Below, one piece after another: positions 1-11,525 of a stretch of 64,000 nucleotides of DNA. A program made the translations under genes and the position numbers. Position 1 is the first letter of the stretch, and the number at the start of each line of letters is the position of its first letter. Under the pieces are notes generated by a model. That model saw nothing but the letters and a program-made list of their open reading frames with translations. It was not told the origin of the DNA and did no database searches. The stretch is from Octopus sinensis (lineage: Eukaryota), in NCBI RefSeq assembly GCF_006345805.1, contig NC_043003.1, positions 104,842,001-104,906,000 of the forward strand, given 5' to 3'.

Positions 1-923
1 GTCAGTCGCGGTTTCTCTTACATATTGACATGCGTCAATCGTTTCTCTCATTGGCCAGAGGCCATTCCAATAGTGGACATTTTCACTGAGTCAGTTGCTC
101 GAGCTTTCATTTCTAACTGGATTGCTCACTTTGGTGTCCCAGCTAAAATAACCACTGATTGTGGACGCCAGTTTGAAGCTTCCTTATTTCGTGAATTGTC
201 ATGAATCCTAGGCATTCATTACATTCGTACGACCAGCTACCATCCAGCTTCCAACGGGATAGTCAAATGTTTTCACAGGCAACTGAAGGCTGCTCTACAT
301 GCCACTCCTGATCCACAGTCTTGGACAGAATTTCTGCCTATTGTTCTTCTTGGTTGCCACACAGCTGTTAAAACAGATTAGGTTTCTCCTCTGCTGAATT
401 CCTTTACGGTACCATTTTGGCTCTCCCTGGTACAATGTTGGTGCCAGACAACTCATCACCTTCTGATCCAACATCGTATGTTACCAGACTTCACTCTTAT
501 TTCTCAAGTCTTCCACACATGCATCCGCATGACCAGTTTATTCCCTCTCACATCCCATTGGACATTGACAAATGGACTCATGTTTTTGTTTGGGATGATT
601 CTGTCAAGGGACCTCTCGTTTCTCCTTATAAAGGACCATTTCATGTGCTATCCCACACATCCAAAACTTTTAATCTCGACATCAATGATCAAGCAGAGAC
701 TGTGTTAGTCAACAGACTTAAAAGGGCACATTTTGAGGTGTTCACACTCATTGATGATCCTTTACAACCACCTACACACCCACCTGTACATGCACCTTTG
801 ACCATACCATCACCTATACCTCTACCTTCATCGCCACAACTTAACACAAACAAACCCTATGTCACCAGGACAGGCCGCATTGTGCACTGGTCCCAAAAAC
901 TCACCAGAACTATTTACATTTAA
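1..923 (+). mobile_element. Ty3/Gypsy integrase relic (core plus GPY/F region), disrupted
   Basis: Frame 1 reads YILTCVNRFSHWPEAIP..FGVPAKITTDCGRQFE..TTSYHPASNGIVKCFHRQLK with in-frame stops, and the catalytic E is replaced by K. ORF 417-923 carries PYKGPF..VNRLK. Confidence 0.9.
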
Positions 924-1170
924 CCTTTTTTCCTTTTTCTTTCTGTGACAGACAATTGTTTTCTCATGTGCTGAACAATTCCAATGCCTTGCCATTGAAC
1001 TTTGTAAAAATAAAAATATTTGTGCATGCTCCTTTTATATTGCTTGTAATTATTTCTCTCAACTTATCACATTTTGCATTATATTTTGTACCACAGCTTG
1101 TTTGCGATCGGTGGCCATCTTTGCTTTCTTGTGCCTGCTCCAGTCATTCTAATTTTGCACTAGCGTTCTC

Positions 1171-1463
1171 AGCGGGGAGCCCCTGTAGTATGACACAAGA
1201 AGCCAGCACCATTTTATACGAGACCTCACTAGCAGCCATTACCTATGTCCGAGACAAGAGCTAGATCTCACCGACAACCATGTTGCCATGCACAAGACCA
1301 CAGCGAGACTCTCATCGGTAACATCTATTTAAGCAGGTGTATTAAGGTATTCAGTCTCTCTTCTCTTTCTCACTTATACTGAGAAACTCTGCAAACTGGC
1401 AGCTCACAGCGGATTCTTATCCTGCTCTAACTTTACACGTGAGTGGAGCAATAACGAACTACA
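1171..1463 (+). mobile_element. Polypurine tract and 3' LTR of the Gypsy element
   Basis: AGCGGGGAG at 1171-1179, then TGTAGT (1184) ... ACTACA (1463) inverted termini; TATTTAAG inside. Confidence 0.65.
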
Positions 1464-1529
1464 TGCTGCCATACAGATGGTCACTGGAATGAACTACATG
1501 AATAAGAACTAAAATAAACAACCATTGAA

Positions 1530-2000
1530 TTGCGTGTGTATGTGAGAGGGTGTATGTGTGTGTGGATAGGGGCTGGTGACCTTGATGTATGCATGTGTAG
1601 GTGTGTGAATGATGGTGTAGGTGCTGGGAAGTGGTCAGTGCTAGTATGTGCAGGGTGGTGTGATGTGGTGTGTGGTGGTGTATGGTGTGATGTGGTGGTG
1701 TGTGGTGGGGTTAGGGTATGAAGGGAGGTGAGGGTGGAGGAAGCAAGGGTGAGGTGTGGGCTAGGGTGAAGGTGGGGGGTAGGAGTATGTGGGAGTGGAA
1801 TGTGTCGGATGGGGTGGTGAAGGGAGAGGGTGGAAGGGAGAAGGTGGGTAGGCGTAAATAGAGGAAGTAGGTGTCAGAGCAAGAGAGGAGAGAGGTGGAT
1901 GGGAGTGAAGGGAGGAAGTAGGCGTGAGAGGAAGAGAGGAGAGAGAAGGGGGGTTAGATGAAGAGGGAAGGAGAGTTGAGCTCATGTGGTGCAAAGGAGC
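1530..2000. repeat. GT/GA-rich low-complexity tract
   Basis: Degenerate (GT)n and (GA/GGA)n composition. Confidence 0.7.
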
Positions 2001-2045
2001 GTAGAGAGAAGATTAATTCCTGTCCATACCTCGTAGAATTCAAGC

Positions 2046-2087
<42 letters not shown>

Positions 2088-2174
2088 GGAGAATTCACAA
2101 AGAAACAAATGATGAAGACAAGTAGTGTAGACAACAAATAGATGTATTAATATAACACTCGGGAAGGGAAAAAG

Positions 2175-2212
2175 TCTTTAATGTTTCGAGCCTATGCTCT
2201 TCCACAGAAAGA
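2175..2212 (-). ncRNA. Decayed minimal hammerhead-like motif at a PLE-type end
   Basis: Minus strand reads UCUUU-CUGUGGA-A-GAGC(AUAG)GCUC-GAAA-CAUU-AAAGA. Stems I and II pair, but the core has A6U and stem III is ACAU rather than ACGU. The (TA)n tract lies about 90 nt 3'. Confidence 0.5.
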
Positions 2213-2299
2213 AACAGGGAGAGAAAGACCTCTGGAGATATGCTGTGACTGCGAAGATCCGACAAATAATGTGAGTTCATGACTGTTTCCTGCACCAGC

Positions 2300-2841
2300 T
2301 TCACATAGAAGCCCCAGCCCTTTCAAAGTGCCTTGGATTGCAGGACGGCCTGCTGTGCTTACCTTGGATCGTAGGGCGACCTGCTGTGCTTGAGGAGACA
2401 TATTGAGTCAAGTACATCAACATCAAAAAATCAATGGAAATTGTAGTCGTGATACCTGTGCTGGTGGTACATAAAAAGCACCACCCGTATGTGGCCGATG
2501 CCAGCACCGCCTTGACTGGTTTCCATGCCAGTGGCACATAAAAAGCACCAACCGATTGTGGATGTTGCCAGCCTCCCTTGGCACCTGTGCCGGTGGCACA
2601 TAAAAAGAACCATCTGTATGTGGCTGATGCCAGCACCGCCTTGACTGGCTTTCGTGCCGGTGGAATGTAAAAAGCATCCACTACACTCATGGAGTGGTTG
2701 GCGTTAGGAAGGGCATCCAGCTGTAGAAATACTGACAGATCAGACTGGAACCTGGTGCAGCCTCCTGGCTTCCCAGACCCCAGTCGAACCATCCAACCCA
2801 TGCTAGCATGGAGAACGGACGTTAAACAATGATGATGCTGA

Positions 2842-2845
<4 letters not shown>
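2300..2845 (+). mobile_element. RTE-clade LINE 3' end with internal ~47-bp repeats and (GAT)n tail
   Basis: Same 3' UTR as the RT-linked copy at 32279-33309; ends gttaaacaatgatgatg. Confidence 0.75.
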
Positions 2846-2880
<35 letters not shown>

Positions 2881-3247
2881 TATACACACACAAACATACA
2901 TACATTGGTACTTATAAACATTCTTTCTCTGAGGTCTTTATGAACAAACTAGTAAGAAATGTTCTAAAATGTAAATTTTGAATTTAGCTTGAGTTATAAG
3001 ATTACATCTCACAACAGCTAAAAACATTTCTTTTCGGCTTTTGAATTATTGCATATATCTTCAAATGTTTTTTGTCAAATCAAAACTTATTCTTTCCTTC
3101 TTTTGTCTACATTTTTCCTCATTTTGTACCATTCCAATTTGTCAAACATTTGAAATTACTATGGGGCAAATAAGTAATTTTTGATTTCTTGTTATTTTCT
3201 CCTGTTTGAAACTATTACATTGCAAGTATTGCATCATTTGTTCTGTT

Positions 3248-3645
3248 GCATCATCATCATCATCATCGTTTAACGTCCGCTTTCCATGCTAGCATGGGTT
3301 GGACGGTTCAACTGGGGTCTGGGAAGCCAGGAGGCTGCACCAGGCTCCAGTCTAATCTGGCAGTGTTTCTACAGCTGGATGCCCTTCCTAACACCAACCA
3401 CTCCGTGAGTGTAGTGGGTACTTTTTACGTGCCACTGGCGCAGGTGCCAGGGGAGGCTGGAAATAGCCACGATCGGTCGGTGCTTTTTACGTGCCACCGG
3501 CACAGGTGCCAGGCGAGGCTGGCAATGGCCACGATCGGTCGGTGCTTTTTACGTGCCACCGGCACAGGTGCCAGGCGAGGCTGGCAATGGCCACGATCAG
3601 TTGGTGCTTTTTACATGCCACCAGCACAGAGGCCAGTCGAGGCAT
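3248..3645 (-). mobile_element. RTE LINE 3' end
   Basis: (CAT)n-cgtttaacgtccgctttccatgctagc tail plus tandem gcttttacgtgccaccggcacagg units. Confidence 0.75.
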
Positions 3646-4285
3646 CATCTCTGGGATTAAAAATTGGCGAGCATAGTTGTTGTTGAAGTTGAGAGAGTTT
3701 TGAAACTCAATCAGGTGACAGGTGCTTTTCTTTCAAGAAATTTTTCCTCAACTTTGACTCAATTGTAATCAAGGTTGAAAATTAAATATCTGGATAATTT
3801 TTAGTATTTAACAATTGATGCCATTTTCTCTGTTGGATTCCATGTCAATTTTTTCGGTTAATGTTTACAATATTACCTGGAAATGGAAACAAAAAACAAA
3901 AAACAAAAACAAAATGGTGTAATGGGTGTAAAAAAATATGCTTGAAACGAATATGCAAACAAAAATGTGTGCAAAGCAACGGGAGGGTTGGGAGAGGACT
4001 TTCGGAAAATTCACAAGTTCTGATTTTTTCCCCATAACTTTGAGGAAAATGGATATCTTTTAATGAAATTTTATATAAATATCTTTCAAGCAGCATACAT
4101 TATGGTTATAAAGAAATTTGTGGGGAAAATCTTTTTCTGATGGGGTGGGGAGAGGACTTTCAAAAAGAAAAAAATTCGTAAATTATTTTTTTTTGCTTGG
4201 TTGTAATGGTAAAAAGTTTGAAAAACTTAGATCCATTGTTTTTTGTTTAAATAATAGAAAAAGATTTTTTAGAAAATCACATATA

Positions 4286-4680
4286 GGCGCAGGAGTGGCT
4301 GTGTGGTAAGTAGCTTGCTAACCAACCACATGGTTCCGGGTTCAGTCCCACTGCGTGGCATCTTGGGCAAGTGTCTTCTGCTATAGCCCCAGGCCGACCA
4401 ATGCCTTGTGAGTGGATTTGGTAGACGGAAACTGAAAGAAGCCTGTCGTATATATGTATATATATATATGTGTGTGTGTCTGTGTTTGTGTTAGTCCCCC
4501 TAGCATTGCTTGACAACCGATGCTGGTATGTTTACGTCCCCGTCACTTAGCGGTTCGGCAAAAGAGTTCGATAGAATAAGTACTGGGTTTACAAAGAATA
4601 AGTCCCGGGGTCGATTTGCTCGACTAAAGGCGGTGCTCCAGCATGGCCGCAGTCAAATGACTGAAACAAGTAAAAGAGTA
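4286..4680 (+). mobile_element. tRNA-derived SINE, family A
   Basis: Head ggcgcaggagtggctgtgtggtaag..ggttcagtccc; recurs at 11362, 26614, 37586, 40237 and 48856. Confidence 0.85.
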
Positions 4681-5268
4681 TGTGTTATGGCGAGAGAAAC
4701 AAATTCATAAATATGGTGTTGAATATGGTTTCACTATAGAAAAACATTAAGGGTGATTTAGCTTTTGTATTTAGTCTTGCAACCTCCAAAAAAAACTTCT
4801 GAAGTTGCTGGGTTGATAGGTTGGCCCGTATGAAAAGTAAGTGAGTGACATATTGTTTCAAGTAGCTAGGTCTCATTCCGGGTTGAACAATACACCTTTT
4901 CAGGCTTCCCCATAAAATGCTCAGTATTTTGAGTGTGAATTTAAACCATAGGTAAATGAACAGAAATGATACCTATTCCCAAAATATCAGCAAATTTCAA
5001 GACACCCTAATGGGGGTTAAACCCCCTTATATTGCAAATTTTGGAAACCCATAACTTGAGTATTCAAACCTCTATTATAACGGATTTTTACTATTAATTA
5101 AATGTAAAACAACAAAATTATCTCTCTTTTACAGGAAAATTCTGCAAATTTACATATTTCATCTATGACAAAACATCACTAGAAATAATTCTAGCAAGAA
5201 AAATTATTAGTGAATGTCTCTACTTTTTAAACATTTTCTTTGTATTCACTTTTCTTCAGACACCCATT

Positions 5269-6177
5269 ATGCCACAGAAAAGGAAGTCCACTTCCCATCA
5301 ATCTGAAAGCTGTGATGCAAGGGAAGAACGACTTTCTAGGCAAAGCCAAAGACAAAGAGAGTCTTGCCAATCTGAAAGCCGTGATGCAAAGGACAAATGA
5401 CTAGACAAAGACAGGCAAACAGAGTCTTGTCAAAATGAAACTTTTGGTGAAGGCCAAGAAAGACAGGAGCAAGATATATTTTGCTATATAGTTTCAAGAA
5501 GAAATCAGTCTGAAGGAGAGAGGCAACAACGTTTGATTGTTGATAGAAACGGGTATCAAAATTTAAAGCAATGTGAGATTCAAAATGCTAAACATTCTTC
5601 ATTATTGTATCACAAAAATGACCCCTATAACAAGGCTGCAATTGGAGAAAGGACCAGACTTTGTCAGTGTGGTGCTAAGAAATTTACTGGAGAATCACCA
5701 GGAATGTGCTGTGAAAATGGAAAGGTTACACTGGATCCATTTCTACCTCTGCCTCAGTTATTTCAAAGACTCTTCACACTCTCTGCTTGCCATGATCAGC
5801 TTTGGTCAAAAAGATGCATCTGTCCAAGGTTGGAATCCATTTGTAAGAATCCAACTTTGGGAAAATAAGCATGCCAAGGATGCTTGGCATTTTAATGCAC
5901 CAACAGGGGCTGAAGTTGCAATTTTAATATCAAATGATCCTACAGAAAATAGAGATGCTGTTCTTCATTTGAAACAAGGTGGATTGAGAATTTCAGAGTT
6001 ACATCAATCTTATGATCCTTTGATGTATCCAATGTTTTTTCCATATGGAACAGACTGCAATCACATATTTGCAAGGGAAAAATTACCACCAAGGAACAGT
6101 GAAACATCATGATTGGAAGATTTCACAACTCACCAATTATGGTACTTAATCCTGAGCAACACTGTGTATGCCTGCTA

Positions 6178-6178
<1 letters not shown>
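5269..6178 (+). mobile_element. Helitron relic (Rep N-terminus) with 3' CTAG end
   Basis: IGERTRLCQCGAKKFTGESPGMCCENGKV and FNAPT..EVAILI..RISELHQSYDPLMYPMFFPYG motifs, with stops and frameshifts. Decayed hairpin cctgagcaac.. then CTAG|T at 6175-6179. The 5' end was not determined. Confidence 0.85.
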
Positions 6179-6222
<44 letters not shown>

Positions 6223-6325
6223 ATTAATCAATATAGGGTGGCAAGGAAAATTTTGTAGAATTTTATTGCCACCAGCGGCCCAGTGGGAAAAAATTAAATA
6301 GTCATAGACCATTTTTAAGTTCAAC

Positions 6326-6657
6326 ATTAACAATTAAGGAACGGCCATAATAGGCCATTCACCCACTAGAAATAACAGCCAAAGCTTCTACCGCAAATAA
6401 AGATTAATTCCGTAAACAGGAGAAAATTAAAAAATTAAACATTCAACTAAGCAACATGCTATGCGTCTGTTTGGAATATTTCAGACCCTAACCTGTCATG
6501 GAAAGTGTGTGTGTGTGTGTGTGGGGGGGTTATTTACAGGGTAAATGTTTTTTTAATTTTCTCCTGTTTACGGAATTAATCTTTATTTGCGGTAGAAGCT
6601 TTGGCTGTTATTTCTAGTGGGTGAATGGCCTATTATGGCCGTTCCTTAATTGTTAAT
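6326..6657. repeat. Perfect 109-bp inverted repeat with a spacer copied from ~7036-7130
   Basis: Arm 6326-6434 is the reverse complement of 6549-6657; about 95 bp of the spacer is identical to 7036-7130. Confidence 0.9.
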
Positions 6658-6685
6658 ATATATATATACATATATATACACTAGC

Positions 6686-6911
6686 CGGCGGGCTGACAGA
6701 AACGTTAGCACGTCGGGCGAAATGCGTAGCCGTATTTCATCTGTCGTTACGTTCCCAGTTCAAATTCCGCCGGGGTCGACTTTGCCTTTCATCCTTTCGG
6801 GTCGATAAATTAAGTACCAGTTACGCACTGGGGTCGATGTAATCGACTTAATTCCTTTGTCTATCCTTGTTTGTCCCCTCTGTTTTTAGCCCCTTGTTGG
6901 TAGTAAAGAAA
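6686..6911 (+). mobile_element. tRNA-derived SINE, family B
   Basis: ggcgggctgacagaaacgttagcacg..gttcaaattccgcc..gtcgactttgcctttcatcctttcgg; recurs at 32138, 42157, 61803 and 62903. Confidence 0.8.
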
Positions 6912-6925
6912 TATGTATATATATA

Positions 6926-8268
6926 CTAGCAGAGATACCCAGCATTGCTCAGGATTAAAATGCCATAGTTTGTATATAATATATTACAGTTATGTTGAAA
7001 TAGGTGATTATGGGAAAGTGGAGGATTGACAACAAAACATTCAACTAAGCAACATGCTATGCGTCTGTTTGGAATATTTCAGACCCTAACCTGTCATGGA
7101 AAGTGTGTGTGTGTGTGTGTGGGGGGGTTATGTGATTTTTGAATGCACCGAAAAGGTGTCAGTGGATATACTCTCTTTTGCAGCCATTGGCACTGTGTCT
7201 AACACAACCCATCATCTGAAATTTTAACACCTCCTTTGGGTTTGTTGTCCTACATCACTCATAAAGTAAATTTGGAGGAACTGTGGTTGTTCATTTGTGG
7301 GTAACAGGGAACCAATGAGGTGATAGACTTGCCCTTGAACTTTGACATTGTAAATTCCTGTTTATCTATCTTCTTCGACGAACCAAACGAAATGCAGAGT
7401 TGTATTGTCTGATATTGTTCAGAAAATCCTTTGACTGGATGGAAATGCCTCTAGAAGATCCATAAGAAGTTGAGAAGGAGCTGGTAGTGCTGGCAATGTT
7501 ACCTGACTGCCTGAGCAGCACATACCATTTGTTTCATTTGGAAATTTTAAAGCTCTACAGAAACGACAATTTGTGTTTAGCACACCAGTTTGGACAGTTA
7601 TTGTCTTTATAAGAATGGGATGGATCATATCTGAAAACAGCTTCAGGAGTTGTGTAGAACGAATTTGCTCATAGTCTGTTTCTGAGAGCCATTCTATTGG
7701 ACCTCTGTCTAATCATTAAAATATTGATTTAATGATCCAGCATTAAGTGCTGCAACATCCATTTGCAGATCTTGAGAAAATCTCATCTTGCTTCTCTGTT
7801 CAAACTCTCGCCTTCAGTTTTCTACAATCCTCCTTACTTTATACTGTTTCTGGAGAGATTACGTCTTTTCTATGTTTCTCCTGCTCATTCCATAAAGAAT
7901 TATTTGAAGAGAGCAGAAATTGAAAGAAGAGAAGGCGAAAAGGACAGAAAAAGAAAGTGAAAGATGTATGTACGTCTACATGAAATGGACGCGTGCGCAC
8001 ATGTGTGTGTGTGTGTGTGTGAGAGAGAAAGATAGAGTGAGTGGGTGAAGGTGCGTGCCATGATGATTGATGTCTTTTAAGATACACACCATATAGAAAA
8101 TGTGATGTCATTGCATAAAATGTTTATGATAGTTGATTTATGGAAAAGATTATAATGTTAAATTTTTGAAATGCAACCGAAATAGTACTGAATCTTTTGA
8201 TACCCCATTCATTAAAATCTGTAACTTGGTTTTGGAATGCATAAGGAATATATATATATATATATAGG
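6926..8268 (-). mobile_element. Second, internally deleted Helitron, tail-to-tail with the first
   Basis: Minus strand: CRFCRALKFPNETNGMCCSG and NNIRQYNSAF..FKVQGQVYHLIGSLLP..PQFLQIYF. 3' hairpin cctgagcaatgctggg then CTAG|T at 6929-6925. The 5' end is approximate. Confidence 0.8.
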
Positions 8269-8952
8269 GCAGATTTCTTTCAAACTGAAAGTACTATCTC
8301 ACATTACAATAGAGACATAATACTGAACTAGTGTAAGAGATAAGAGATTGCTCTGGGCTCGCATTACGCAAGAAGTTGGAAATTTTTGAGGCCCAGGACA
8401 CTGCATGGACCTTGGCTTTTGTATTTGAGGCCTTTTGCTTTAAGTATTTTTTTTGATTTTATATATATATAAGCCGATGAGGGAGATCTCTACATGGTAA
8501 CTAGATCTGGTAGAAATAGCAGCCAAATCTCCCTCAAAACGCCCTACTGTCTTAATCCAACAATTCTGCTTATTATGTAGTTTGAATGAAAAACTGTAAC
8601 TAAAGATTAAGATTATTAACCCCAAAATTTTATGCGTTTTAATAGCAATCAATTTTTCTCCTTTTTACTTAATTAAAATGGTTGCCTTTTCCTCGTAGTT
8701 TTTCATGTCAGCTGTAAAGGTGAAGGGGGTTAACTAGGATGGTGTTAAAGTAGTGGAGATGTTTGATGATTGTATGTGGTGGTTACTTTTGACTGTTTCT
8801 TCTTAAAAAGGATAATTGATTGATAATGAGTCTTAACACAATATATATACAACTTCAAGTGGAACTGGGCATTATAAGAGAAACGGAGAGGAAAAAAGAG
8901 AGACAGCATAGCGATGGTTTTGACTGACTCTCATCCTATACTTCCCTTGTTA

Positions 8953-9198
8953 CTAGCAAAATGGTATGTGCCAGCTTTCTGAGCAACTGGTTGCTTTTAA
9001 TGGCGGAACAAACAGGACAAAACGATTACAAAAATAATGATTTTTACTTTGAAACTAACAAATTTGAAAATCTTTTTAGATTACGGAATGCCCTGCTCTC
9101 TCATGTATCCATGTTTAAAATTTCAGCGCAATCAGATGAACAATATTCAAAATATAAGCACACAAACAGACAGACAGAACAGAATTTATATATTAAGA
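8953..9198 (-). mobile_element. Short non-autonomous Helitron
   Basis: 5' A|TCttaatatataaa..(TCTG)n and 3' CTAG|T. Confidence 0.55.
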
Positions 9199-9590
9199 TA
9201 TATATATATTATCTACTTACAGACTTATGTAACAAAGAAAAATGTGAGTAATCAACATCACATTTGGGGATGAACAGATTGTGGTGAAATATATTGTTCT
9301 GCTGCTATTTAATTACAAACATAGAATACTGTGGTTCTTTGGTGAAAGATGGAGACATACTTCCATATTATGTACTATCAATAGCACACTGTGAAGTGCA
9401 GTCATTTGATTATGACATGGTCTTTTATAGAGAATGATTATTTAGTATTTGTTCTTCCACCTCAGCACCTTTCCTACTTATAATGAGTTTCATGTGTTTA
9501 GGCTGAACATCAGCAACCTTGATCTGATCACTTTAGTAGGGCATACAATATTCACATAGCACTGTCATTTGACTAACTTATAAATGTTAT

Positions 9591-10258
9591 TTAGGTCTCA
9601 CTGAGGAAATGACCAGCGACCGAGACCTTTGGAAATATTCTGTGCGTGAGAAGACCAGGCAGGACAAGTGAGTCCAGCCCACTTATGCATGCCTTTCCCT
9701 CCCTTGGACACACAAAGACCTGTTGAGGCAAGTGAAGTCGATATCGACACACAAAGACCTGTTGAGGCAAGCGAAGTCGATATCGAACCTCATCCGACGA
9801 CAGGCACCTATGCCTACCCCCTTTGCTTGCGAAGACCTGTTGAGGCAAGTGAAATCGGAATTGAAATTGAACCAATCCTATGACTGGCACCCGGCAGATG
9901 CCAGGACCCGCCTTGACTCGCTTTCGTGTTGGTGGCACATAAAAAGCACCATTCGAATCGTGGCCGAAGCCAGTGCCACCTCGACTGGCTTCCGTGCAGG
10001 TGGCACGTAAAATGCACCAATCCGACCGTGGCCGATGCCAGCCTCGCCTGGCACCAGTGCAGGTGGCACGTAAAAAGCACCCACTACACTCACGGAGTGG
10101 TTGGTGTTAGGAAGGGCATCCAGCTGTAGAAACATTGCCAGATAAGACCGAAGCCTGGTGCAGCCTTCTGGCTTCCCAGATCCCCGGTCGAACCGTCCAA
10201 CCCATGCTAGCATGGAGAATGGACGTTAAACGATGATGATGATGATGATGATGATGAT
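9591..10258 (+). mobile_element. RTE LINE 3' end (young), ending 28 nt before the TMC exon acceptor
   Basis: Nearly identical to 32640-33309; encodes LGLTEEMTSDRDLWKY; (GAT)n tail. Confidence 0.85.
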
Positions 10259-10286
10259 AATAAGTACTTTTTTTTCTTTTACACAG

Positions 10287-10599
10287 GAGATGAAACGGAA
10301 AAAATCCCATCGCTTACTGAACTTGAGCTGAATGAAGCCTACCTGTATTGCACCCGACCTGAAGTTGTTGCTTCTGACCCAGAAATGAATATTATCTATG
10401 CTAAAACACTACCAGTTAGAAAACGACGTACAAGCTACAATCCAAATGCCAAAGCTAGGAGTTACAGCACCGCTGGAAAAATAGAAGATGTCACACTTGA
10501 GTCTCTGCTAACCCCCACCGATACCAATGAAACTAAAACCTTCAAACAGAGTACCATTCGTTTTTTACCAAAGAATATGACATTTAAAAAGAAACTTTG
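10287..10599 (+). CDS. TMC7: Internal coding exon of a TMC (TMC7-like) transmembrane channel gene
   Basis: Acceptor ttttctttttacacag| and donor TG|gtaagt. The 313 nt are open: DETEKIPSLTELELNEAYLYC...IRFLPKNMTFKKKLW. Phase 1 in, phase 2 out, matching exon 53812. The family call is well supported; the paralog is less certain. Confidence 0.8.
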
Positions 10600-11361
10600 G
10601 TAAGTTTTGATCCTTTCTCTTCTATCATGGCTTTGTCTCTTTTTATAATTCCTGTGAATATTGAATTTATGTTATTTCATCTTGTATGATTTATATGGTG
10701 GCTTTTCACCCAAGTCTACCTTGCTGACAAAACAGATACTATTTTTAGTTTGTGGTTAAAAGTTTAGGAGAAGCAAAACCATCGAGCTGCTTCAAGTAAA
10801 CCATTTGCTCATGCTTTTATGGAGAAAAGTATATTAAACCAAGAAACACATAATCTGAAAAGACCTCACACATAACTCGTATCCCCTTGCTGTAAACAGG
10901 CACCTTGTGTGGATGAGTTGTTAACTAACAGAAGACAAGACCTAATTGAGTAGACTTATGATCAAAGGTATTCAAGCCATGACCATCTTGTTTTTTTTTT
11001 CTTTTCCTTTTTTTATGTTCTTCCCAAATAGTTCAACTCAGACTCCAATATATAATGTGCCTCTTTTTAAGAAGTTAAGGTATGGTGTGGCATGTAGGGA
11101 GATTCACTATGATTTCTGTCTGGTGTAGCAATCCCATAGAATCATTCTCATTTAGTCATCCATGTGTAAATGTAGTTCTCTGCTGCAAGGGAACAGAATA
11201 CTATTATGAACATTGTCAATCAACGCAACAGCATTAGACCAGAATCTTCAGATATCTCAGCTAGCTCCCGTTTTGTATTTATTCAGGGCCCAATTTAGAA
11301 TGTGTTGTGAAGGACAGTCACATAGCACAGAGCTTTTGAAATATATTTTCAATAATTATAA

Positions 11362-11525
11362 GTGCGGGTGTGGCTATGGGGTTAAGAAGTTTGCTTCCAA
11401 ACAATGTGGTTGTAGATTCAGTTCCTCTGCACAATATTCTGGGAAGGTGTCTTCTATTATAGCCATAGACTGACCAAACCTTCTGAGTAAATTTGTAGAC
11501 AGAAACTGAAAGAAGCCCATTGTAT
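11362..11525 (+). mobile_element. Degenerate family A SINE
   Basis: Diverged head and ..gtagacagaaactgaaagaagccc end. Confidence 0.6.

Noticed and set aside
8955-8970. CAAAATG|gtatgt as a TMC first exon
   Set aside because: It is phase 0 whereas exon 10287 needs phase 1, the alternative frames contain stops, and it lies inside a Helitron end.
9900-10090. CRISPR-like regular repeats in RTE 3' UTRs
   Set aside because: These are tandem minisatellite units without unique spacers, in eukaryotic LINE DNA.
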